Shown: positions 56,777 through 64,000 of the stretch, piece by piece | Layout: every line of letters starts with the position of its first letter | Position numbering within the stretch: position 1 is the stretch's first letter | Assembly (NCBI GenBank): GCA_965223845.1 | Contig: CBDCXR010000004.1 | Location: forward strand, 6,113,252 to 6,177,251 | Direction of reading: 5' to 3' | DNA from: Planctomycetota bacterium | GTDB taxonomy: Bacteria; Planctomycetota; UBA8108; SXIK01 | DNA: 64,000 nt | The notes under the pieces: generated by a model | Databases searched by the model: none | What the model was told of the DNA's origin: nothing | What the model saw: the letters and a program-made list of their open reading frames with translations, nothing else | Made by a program: the position numbers and the translations under genes

Positions 56777-59700
56777 ATGGACGAACAACTCGATGTCATC
56801 AATCAACTTTCTGAGGCCTGGCAAACCGGGCACGCGATCGTTCCATTTCTCGGGGCGGGCATCTCGATCGGTGCGGGAGTGCCGACGATTTCGCAGCTGA
56901 AGGAATACTTCGCGAAATTCAGATTCTACGTAGAGAACGGAGCATACGGTCCTTCCGATCGACGGTTCAAGTTTCGCGGGCAAGCTGCCGCCAATCCCAG
57001 CGAGTACCTAACGGATTTCGGCTGGCCCGATCCCTACCAGCTCGAAGCGGACTTGTGGTACTGGTTTGACGAGTCGCATCGGTCGAACCCGGATAAGCAC
57101 CTGCCGTGCGGACGCGATCAGCTCGACAAGGTCGTGCAGGACACGATACTTCGCGAGATCCGTCATGAAGAGCCGGGTCTCGTCGATGCGATCCGACGCG
57201 GAGCCCACCCGATCTCCGTGTCTGGAAACTGGCACGCTCTCCTGGGACAGCTAACCGGTGGCAATCTCGACTACGTCGACGCACTCTTCGATCGGTTGTC
57301 GAAGGGCCGGGAACCTGGCGCTGCACACACCTATCTCGCGTTTCTCTCTCAGTTGATGGGATGGCAGCTCTTCCTGACGATCAACTTCGACAGTCTTCTC
57401 GAAGAGGCGCTGCGCGCGGAGGGCTTGGTGCCAAAAGTGTTCGATGTATTTCGTGACGCTTCACTTCCGCACGACTCGCTCGTAAGAGGGCACCTCGCCG
57501 TAGTCAAGCTCCACGGCGGGGCGTACGGACTCAGGACAGGTGAACGGCTTGACTATGCCCTCGAACCGGAGAGCCGCGATCGTCTACTTCGCTATATTCC
57601 GATCGACGGCATCGTGTTGGTACTCGGCTTCGGTGGCTCCGAGCGACGGATGACCCAGCTCATGGAGCAGCTTATCATCCGCGGCGGCTCGGCAAGAGGA
57701 CCCTATCCGAGCGTGATTTGGCTCTATGCCGAGTCGACACCCCCGCCCGCACTCGTATGGCTCCAAGAGAGGGCTTCGAGTTTTGGAAGCGACCGGGAAC
57801 GAATTCTCCGCTCTTGTCGGATCAGCGACGCCGGGCGGTTTCTGAACGAGCTCTACTGTCGCGTCGCGAGTACGCATCCGGCGGGTGCTCAGATGTACCC
57901 CATCGGCAGCGTTCGCCCGATCGGCGTGAGCGCTCGCGTGGAAACACTCGCTCCGAGCGACGACGGGAAAACCGAGAGCGAGTCTGGAGGCGAGGCGAAC
58001 GGTGACGGAAGACTCCGCGAGCCCGCGGCGACCGCGAAACTGGAACCGGACGCACGGCCTGACGAAGGAGTAGATGACGGCGGACAAACGGAAAATGAGA
58101 CCGAGGACTGGGCTGAATTCGTCGAGCGTCCCGTGCAGATTTTCACCTCCATCAAGTCAAGCGATGAAATCGGAACTTCTTCGGAGCTCGAGAGTTCGGT
58201 GATGATGACAGAGTTCGTGGCTGAGCTCGGCCCTCGGTACCGAACCATTTGGATTGATTTCGAGCAACACCACACAGTCGACGGCGTCGTCACGGAGATT
58301 GTCGATCGGCTTCGTCAATACGACACGGCTCTCGCGCCATTCGTCGTTCCGTCCGGTGACGAAACAAGAGAGAACTATTCCTCCGCCGTCCGTCGAGTCC
58401 GCATGGCGCTGAGGAGGGGCCGGTACGTACTCGCGTTTGACTCGGTCGCGGCGTTTGCCCGCCCCGAAACCGTTCACCACGGCGTCCCGGAGTGCCCCAC
58501 AGATCCTGAGAAACAGGACGACGAGTCCAAACGTCTAACGAGGCGGGTCGGCTCGTTGAATTCGTTTCTCACCGAGCTGTGCGCGATTGGCGTAAAAGAC
58601 TCGCGGGTCGTTGCTGCAGAAGCGATCAAGGACAGCTATTTGTGCATCGCCGTCGACGAGCCTAGGAGCCGATTCGGTAAAGACCCGAACGATAAACACC
58701 TAGACATCGTCCGTTCCGCGATCAGCAAGTTCTACAAAGAAGCCGACCGGGAATCTAATAAGAAGCGAGAGCAGGGATTGGCGCCTCCGCACGTCGCGCT
58801 GCGAGGGCCACTGCACGCGAGCGCCATGCCGAGCCCGAGTCCCCCCCCGAACGTTTGCTCGGCGGAACTCATTCGCGGTTATTTGCGACGGGGCATTGTC
58901 GAACCGAGCGACGTCGGTTCGTCGCTGACGAGCACCGCGCTTCTCATTCTCTCGTTCTTCCGCAAACCGCCAAGCGTCGTGGCGGTGCGCTCGTTGCTAG
59001 CGGACGCGTGCCCGCTAGAAAACGATCTCGCGCCTCAGCAGAGGCAAGTGTACGCGAAGATCGACAAATTGCTTGAGGACCTTCAGAGCGAAGGCCATCT
59101 CGCGCGCCTCGAAGGGGGTGCGTACTGGATTAGCCGAATCAAGCGAGATCTCGTCTATGAAAGTTGGTTGAAGCTCTCCTACCCTTCCGAAGTTCGAAAT
59201 CTCTGCAAGCAACTGATTCCAATGCAGCAACTCACGGTCGAACAAGATGACTTGGTCCGAAACACCGCGATCGAGCTTTTCTTTGTTTGCACCCAGCACA
59301 GACGAATCGCGAAGTACTACTACACGGAGCTCTTCTTTGCCTCGAAAGACGTCGGGGCGTTCTTCGAGTATCTTTACCATCGGGTTTCATCGATCCGCTA
59401 TTTGCGCTTGCTCCAACTGCTAGTTGTATCGACGAACTCCAGAAATTGGATTCGAGAGAGAATCCGCCCGACGACGGAAGCTCCTCGATTTTCGGGGGAA
59501 GATCCACTGGAAGCGTTCGGGGGATCCTTCGACGAACTCCTCAAAGTGAACGACGCATCCGTCGTGTACTCGGAGCTCGTAGCGTCCGAGATTCGTTCGC
59601 TGCGCCAGACCCTTCACCGAGAGCGAGAATCGATTCTCGCGAGTGCGCCGGCCGACACCTGGATCGGCTGGATTCGCCGAATCGAGACGCACGATCTCGA

Positions 59701-61564
59701 CGATTTTCGCTTCGCCCTGAGTCCGCTCAAATCATCGGACGGCGTCGAGATAGAGAGAGACGATCCCGTAACGACGGCCTGCCTTGATTTGCGCCGGGAT
59801 CTTCAGGATCTGCAGGCGAAAGTACTTCGGGAGAAGGGCGACTATAACAAGTGTGTAGACTTGCGGTCCGAACAGATCGGTGCGGTTAGCACACACTCAA
59901 TTGCAGAGTGGATCGACCGTGCCAACTGGCTCCGCGATCAAGGGACCTGCTTGGTCAGCCAGTTCAGATACGACGATGCAAGAAACCGGTTCGACCAAGC
60001 TAAGGAGGCGCTGACCGAGGCGGAACGTGCTCGGAGGGAGGCGAACGGTGCGTCCAGCGACGCGGACGATTCGTACGCGCGGCGGATCGGGACCGCCAGA
60101 CTTTCCCTGCTATTTCGGCGCATCGTGTTCGATCTGAACGACATCAATCCATGGGAATTAAAGGGACGGAATCGATTCGGAACTTCAGACCCGATCACAG
60201 AGGTGCACCGGTTGTGCGAGGACGCGCGAGTTCGTTGCGTGGCGGGTCAACGGGACGTTCGACGGACAATCTACACACGCGCGGCAGATTACGCCGACTT
60301 CCGTTGCTATTTTCTTACGCTCGAAGCGAGAGCGCTCTATCTACAGGACAAATTCGCCCGAGCGCACGAACGGCTTGATCGAGCAGAGGCTGGATTGAGC
60401 GCTCACGACGCGGTTCAGCGTCAGGGTCTCGCGGTAGTGCTGCTTTCTCGTGCCGAGTGTCTTCTCTTAAGCGCGGATCAAACCGTTGAGACTTATGCGA
60501 ACCGTGTTGTCAGACGTCGAGCCGGGCAAGAACTGAACTACGTGCGGTCTTCGCAACTTTCCGTGTTCGCTTTGCAAAATGTTCTCGAATCTGTGGGGAT
60601 CGAGCCGCGTGATAATGACGCCTACCACCAACTAACAGGACTCGCTATCGACGCCCCACACGACGGTGCTGCGCTTGAAACTCTCAAGGAGATCGCGGCG
60701 GAAAGACCGATCGATCGAATGCGCCTTGGCGTAGAAGAGCCCGGTCTCGTCCAGCGCGCACAAGAGTTGCTGGAAAAACGCAAGAGAATTCAACGCGCAA
60801 TGCCGACGGATATCACGAAGTTGTCCTTCTGCGAGTGGCGTGACTCTCTGCTCAACGACTCTGCCGGATTACTAGACGAGGCGGACCATCGCGCGTGCAT
60901 CGCGCGCGCCGACCGCAAGCTTTGGCGAGCAGAAACCTGCCTGGATCAGGCGGAACGATTGTTCACCCGAGGACGGCGCAACGTCTATTGGTGGCATCAG
61001 CTGTATGTTCTTCGGGTCCAGCTTTACATCGAGCGTCTGCTCCTCGAGATGACCGCTCGGACGAAGGCCTTCGGCGATACCTGGCCGGAGTTCGTCGTTC
61101 GCTTCCAGCAATGTGTTCGCGGGGCACTCAACGCGATTCGAAGTGCGCGAGATACCTTGGCTCGCCCGCGCCGTGAGGGCGGCGGCGGTCGCCGGGCTCG
61201 CAGGACACACCTTCGAGCCCTTTGGCTCGAGCTCATGCTGTGCTCGTGGTACCTCAGCATCACAATCCAAAAATCCCTCGACGACGACCCTAAACACAGT
61301 CACCGACCGTGGTTCTACATCATCGGAAGCGGGTCACACGACGTTCTTTGGGATCGATGGAAATGGATGAACGAATCCTCGGGGAACCGAGACTGGGTGC
61401 AGGGCAATGTGGACGAGATTGTCCTGTCTCTACTCGAACGGAGTGCCAAGGACGTCGAATGGTACCACGGTCATTCGATCCGCTCGCGCGCCAATCTCCT
61501 CCAGGTCGTGAACCGCGCATTTGGCGCGGACGACATTAAGAGTCTTATGGAGGAATCTCAGTAG
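56777..61564 (+). CDS. SIR2-domain giant protein (SIR2_2-type N-terminus + long helical/TPR-like region)
   Basis: Track ORF starts at TTG 56762. I prefer ATG 56777 (MDEQLDV...). SIR2_2 motif series: AIVPFLGAGISIGAGVPT, FLTINFDSLLEEAL, LAVVKLHGG, IVLVLGFGGSERRM. An acidic linker follows, then ~1,100 aa of helical repeats. No P-loop is visible. Confidence 0.8.
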   Translation: MDEQLDVINQLSEAWQTGHAIVPFLGAGISIGAGVPTISQLKEYFAKFRFYVENGAYGPSDRRFKFRGQAAANPSEYLTDFGWPDPYQLEADLWYWFDESHRSNPDKHLPCGRDQLDKVVQDTILREIRHEEPGLVDAIRRGAHPISVSGNWHALLGQLTGGNLDYVDALFDRLSKGREPGAAHTYLAFLSQLMGWQLFLTINFDSLLEEALRAEGLVPKVFDVFRDASLPHDSLVRGHLAVVKLHGGAYGLRTGERLDYALEPESRDRLLRYIPIDGIVLVLGFGGSERRMTQLMEQLIIRGGSARGPYPSVIWLYAESTPPPALVWLQERASSFGSDRERILRSCRISDAGRFLNELYCRVASTHPAGAQMYPIGSVRPIGVSARVETLAPSDDGKTESESGGEANGDGRLREPAATAKLEPDARPDEGVDDGGQTENETEDWAEFVERPVQIFTSIKSSDEIGTSSELESSVMMTEFVAELGPRYRTIWIDFEQHHTVDGVVTEIVDRLRQYDTALAPFVVPSGDETRENYSSAVRRVRMALRRGRYVLAFDSVAAFARPETVHHGVPECPTDPEKQDDESKRLTRRVGSLNSFLTELCAIGVKDSRVVAAEAIKDSYLCIAVDEPRSRFGKDPNDKHLDIVRSAISKFYKEADRESNKKREQGLAPPHVALRGPLHASAMPSPSPPPNVCSAELIRGYLRRGIVEPSDVGSSLTSTALLILSFFRKPPSVVAVRSLLADACPLENDLAPQQRQVYAKIDKLLEDLQSEGHLARLEGGAYWISRIKRDLVYESWLKLSYPSEVRNLCKQLIPMQQLTVEQDDLVRNTAIELFFVCTQHRRIAKYYYTELFFASKDVGAFFEYLYHRVSSIRYLRLLQLLVVSTNSRNWIRERIRPTTEAPRFSGEDPLEAFGGSFDELLKVNDASVVYSELVASEIRSLRQTLHRERESILASAPADTWIGWIRRIETHDLDDFRFALSPLKSSDGVEIERDDPVTTACLDLRRDLQDLQAKVLREKGDYNKCVDLRSEQIGAVSTHSIAEWIDRANWLRDQGTCLVSQFRYDDARNRFDQAKEALTEAERARREANGASSDADDSYARRIGTARLSLLFRRIVFDLNDINPWELKGRNRFGTSDPITEVHRLCEDARVRCVAGQRDVRRTIYTRAADYADFRCYFLTLEARALYLQDKFARAHERLDRAEAGLSAHDAVQRQGLAVVLLSRAECLLLSADQTVETYANRVVRRRAGQELNYVRSSQLSVFALQNVLESVGIEPRDNDAYHQLTGLAIDAPHDGAALETLKEIAAERPIDRMRLGVEEPGLVQRAQELLEKRKRIQRAMPTDITKLSFCEWRDSLLNDSAGLLDEADHRACIARADRKLWRAETCLDQAERLFTRGRRNVYWWHQLYVLRVQLYIERLLLEMTARTKAFGDTWPEFVVRFQQCVRGALNAIRSARDTLARPRREGGGGRRARRTHLRALWLELMLCSWYLSITIQKSLDDDPKHSHRPWFYIIGSGSHDVLWDRWKWMNESSGNRDWVQGNVDEIVLSLLERSAKDVEWYHGHSIRSRANLLQVVNRAFGADDIKSLMEESQ

Positions 61565-61676
61565 TCTCTCTTCATCGATCTCTTTTCACGTCCCCCGCAC
61601 CTCTACCCGCCTAGCCCTCTGCGAAGCGGCCTTCGGCATCATCACTTGCAGCACGCCGTTTTTCAGCTCCGCCCCC

Positions 61677-61928
61677 GTCTACATCATCGGAACCGGGTCG
61701 CATGGAGTTCTGTGGGATCGGTGGAAGTGGATGAATGAGTCCTCGGGAAATCGAGACTGGGTGGAGGACGACGTCGAGGAGCTCGTTCATTCTCTCCTTG
61801 CGCAAGGCGCGAAGGACGTCGAAAAGTTCTACGGTCATTCGATCCGCTCGCGCGCGAATCTGCTCCGCGTCGTGAATCGCGCGTTCAACGAGCCGGAGGT
61901 CAGGCGGCTCATGAGCGACTCCGAGTGA
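61677..61928 (+). other. orphan, diverged but intact duplicate of the last 83 codons + stop of the SIR2 gene
   Basis: VYIIGTGSHGVLWDRWKWMNESSGNRDWV...GHSIRSRANLLRVVNRAF...LMSDSE aligns without gaps to FYIIGSGSHDVLWDRWKWMNESSGNRDWV...GHSIRSRANLLQVVNRAF...LMEESQ (61313-61564). It is in a different frame from the main gene. Its only in-frame start is TTG 61521. Confidence 0.85.
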
Positions 61929-62120
61929 TCTCTCCTTGGATTCGTGAAATCGCTCGCGGGCGATCCGGCGTAGGGCTTGTCCCAGAGAGCGGCGCTTGAC
62001 CGCCGCCTCACGCAAAGCTCTCCGGCCGGTGCGGAAGCGCGAACCGGCCTGAGCTCGGTTTCGGCGAGTTGGTGACGCCGGTCGGCGTGGCCCGGAATCT
62101 GAAACCCACGTCCCGTTGGC

Positions 62121-63842
62121 TCAGGTCACCTCGTGAGCTAGAAGCTCAATCGACGCATCCCCTCGAGCCGTCCAACCGATCCACAGGCGTTCGCCGAAGT
62201 GAACGAGGCACGGCGACTGCTTCGACTCCTCGCGCAGCGCGACCCGGTCCGTCCACGAGGAGCCGTCGTCACTCGTTGCGAGGTGGATTCGTGCGCTCTC
62301 CGCATCGCGCCAAGCGAGAAACAGTCCCGTGGGGCCCGCCGTGAGCGCGACGGGAGCATCGGATTTCCTTCCGATCGCCTTTTTGGGGGAAAACGCTCCT
62401 CCCGTTCGCGTCGAGGTCCACAAGCGGTCCGCTGCATCGCCCCAGACGAGGACGAGGCGATTCCCGAGCGCCGCGAGCGCCGGTCCGGTTCGCGTCGTCC
62501 AGGGCAGCGTCGTCTTCGCGCTCCAGGTTCGACTGTCCGTCGACTCGATCATGCTGATTCGATTGCTTCCTCTCGCGCGCCAAGCGCAGAAGACTCGATT
62601 CGGTGAGGCGGCGAGGGTGGGTGGGGACGCCGTTCGCGCGTTGAGCGACGCGTCCGGGCCCCAAGCCGTGCCGTCCGTCGAGCTGATCACGCGGAGCTCT
62701 CTCGTTCCGTGGCTCGCGTAAGCGACGACGTACGACCCTCCAAACGAGACCGCTGCGGGAGCGAGGCGTGTCGCCGCCCCGAGTCGCCGGATCGTCCCGA
62801 AGGTCCGCCCGTCCGTCGAAGCACGGCATCGTATCCGGCCCGTGACTCGATCGGACCAGACGAGCAATAGCTCCCCGGGTCTGGCCGCCAAGGCCGGACT
62901 CGCGCGACTGCCCGTGCGAAGGCCGACTCTCTCCGTCAATCGAATCTTGAGCGTCTCTGCGACTTTCGTCATGTGCTTTGCCGACGCCTGCTCGCGCTGG
63001 CCAGGTTTTTCGCCGGCAAAATGAAGTCCCACCGCTGCGTGACTCGAGGCCTCGAGCCAGAGGGCTCCGGAGTCGCCCTTCTTCGTGAGCTCGCCACCCG
63101 AGCTTGCCGGAACGATCGATAGTTCGTGAGTCCCGACGCCGTCGATGACGCCCTCGGTCCGCCCGGTTTTCGCGCCCGATTTGATGACTCGCATTCCGAT
63201 CGCCGGTGGGACGACGCCCGTCACTCCTCCCGGAATCCCCACGATCCCGCGCGACGCTTCGCGTTGGTTCCCGAGTTGAGCGACCGCACAATCGAGTTCG
63301 CGGTTGGAACGAAGCACGCGGGCGATGCGATCCCCGACGGCGGTCGTGCCAGGTTGCGTGACCCAATCGCCTCGCGCGCCGTTCGCGCGGGACCGCACGA
63401 ATACGTGGTGATTCGAAAGAACGAGTGAATCGCCGGTCGCACGATCGATCACGACCGCGCCGATCGTCCCCTTCTGATCGAGGCGAACGTTGCGAGCCTG
63501 GCTACCGCCGACGATCGGATCGAATCGTTCCCCTTCGTGCAGATCGATCGACGACTCGATGACATCGACGGGGATTCCGAAGATCGACCGAGGAATGCGC
63601 TCGGCTCGAGGCAGCTTCGCGAGGTCGACCTTCTTGCTCACGTACGCACGGAGACAGATCTCGCTCGTCATCCGTCCGTCGACCCAGCGGTAGCCAACGT
63701 CGACGCGCTCGACTCCCGCCCTCCGGAGCAATCGCTGGCGGTGCGTTCGCAGTCGCTTCAAGTGGCGCACCATCTCTCGGTCGGTGAGCACGGCGACTGG
63801 TCCGCGTCGACGGCGTCGCTTGGACTTCTTCGCTTTCCCCAT
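62121..63842 (-). CDS. trypsin-like (S1) serine protease fused to Asp-box beta-propeller, no signal peptide
   Basis: 573 aa. Basic N-terminus: MGKAKKSKRRRRRG. Putative triad: SNHHVF / LDCAVAQ / KKGDSGALW. The C-terminal half has about 6 blades with STDGRTFG, STDGTAWG, STDSRTWS, SDDGSSWT and recurring P.LA....L.L.W. Confidence 0.75.
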   Translation of the reverse strand: MGKAKKSKRRRRRGPVAVLTDREMVRHLKRLRTHRQRLLRRAGVERVDVGYRWVDGRMTSEICLRAYVSKKVDLAKLPRAERIPRSIFGIPVDVIESSIDLHEGERFDPIVGGSQARNVRLDQKGTIGAVVIDRATGDSLVLSNHHVFVRSRANGARGDWVTQPGTTAVGDRIARVLRSNRELDCAVAQLGNQREASRGIVGIPGGVTGVVPPAIGMRVIKSGAKTGRTEGVIDGVGTHELSIVPASSGGELTKKGDSGALWLEASSHAAVGLHFAGEKPGQREQASAKHMTKVAETLKIRLTERVGLRTGSRASPALAARPGELLLVWSDRVTGRIRCRASTDGRTFGTIRRLGAATRLAPAAVSFGGSYVVAYASHGTRELRVISSTDGTAWGPDASLNARTASPPTLAASPNRVFCAWRARGSNRISMIESTDSRTWSAKTTLPWTTRTGPALAALGNRLVLVWGDAADRLWTSTRTGGAFSPKKAIGRKSDAPVALTAGPTGLFLAWRDAESARIHLATSDDGSSWTDRVALREESKQSPCLVHFGERLWIGWTARGDASIELLAHEVT

Positions 63843-63887
63843 ATCTGCCTTCCGGAGTGGACGGCTCGCGCTTGCTGCGGACTGGGA

Positions 63888-64000
63888 TCAAGGTGGAAGT
63901 GAGAATCGAATCTCGCGCTCGCCGAACCCGATGTCGATGTGGAGCACGATCTCGCGCCCGCTTCGAAGCGGCTCGCCGCCGAACAGTGCGTAGCCGACGA
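63888..64000 (-). CDS. 3' end of an unidentified gene upstream of the protease (N-terminus outside window)
   Basis: The minus frame is open from the window edge to TGA at 63890-63888: ...VGYALFGGEPLRSGREIVLHIDIGFGEREIRFSLPP*. About 75% G/C at third positions. The stop lies 45 nt before the protease ATG. Too short to assign. Confidence 0.4.
   Translation of the reverse strand, partial: VGYALFGGEPLRSGREIVLHIDIGFGEREIRFSLPP

Noticed and set aside
61556-61570. Idea that a +1 frameshift at the SIR2 stop (TCT CAG TAG T) fuses the main protein to the downstream duplicate
   Set aside because: The frames would permit it, since the copy's frame is open from 61521. But there is no slippery or prfB-like context or upstream SD-like stimulator, and the product would carry two copies of the module. 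I kept this only as something proteomics could exclude.
1-64000. Search for rRNA, tRNA, CRISPR arrays, IS elements, integrases and prophage genes
   Set aside because: I saw no T-loop/acceptor-like tRNA structures in the intergenic regions I read, no regularly spaced direct repeats, and no transposase, integrase or phage-structural motifs in any ORF. Absence by eye is not proof; tRNAscan, Infernal and ISfinder-type scans would settle it.

Overview
This is a high-G+C bacterial chromosomal window that is almost fully coding. I can support about 38 protein-coding genes, one long perfect inverted repeat and one orphan duplicate of a gene end. I found no rRNA, tRNA, CRISPR array, transposase or integrase. 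Because of the G+C content, nearly every real gene casts long Arg/Ala/Pro-rich shadow ORFs in other frames, and I ignored those. The gene content suggests, by inference only, a Planctomycetota-like member of the PVC group. That content includes a PSCyt/DUF1549/DUF1553 + DUF1501 pair, a second DUF1501, a sulfatase, a Tat-signal Gfo/Idh/MocA oxidoreductase, a PQQ-like propeller and a BNR sialidase-like protein. It also includes giant secreted FG-GAP, CotH/lamin-tail and Pmp-type beta-helix proteins that end in dockerin-like tails. Layout: 1-11.7 kb holds periplasmic/housekeeping enzymes. 12.0-15.5 kb is a four-gene membrane / radical-SAM / Lgt-like operon. 15.5-35.1 kb holds four giant surface proteins, three of them in one translationally coupled operon. 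35.5-56.1 kb is mostly minus-strand genes, with an unbroken run of 15 from 38.2 to 56.1 kb. This stretch includes a CotH/EF-hand protein, three tandem paralogues of an unknown membrane-anchored family, a tyrosinase, a metzincin-like lipoprotein and a split PFOR. 56.8-61.9 kb is an AT-richer patch carrying a ~1,595-aa SIR2-domain protein, followed by a diverged but still open duplicate of its own last 83 codons. 62.1-64.0 kb encodes a cytoplasmic trypsin-like protease fused to an Asp-box propeller. The best candidates for something new are the SIR2 giant with its orphan C-terminal cassette, the triplicated unknown family, the radical-SAM/Lgt-like operon, and the dockerin-like Cys-tail module shared by the giant proteins. 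All family calls come from motif recognition by eye; no database search was possible.
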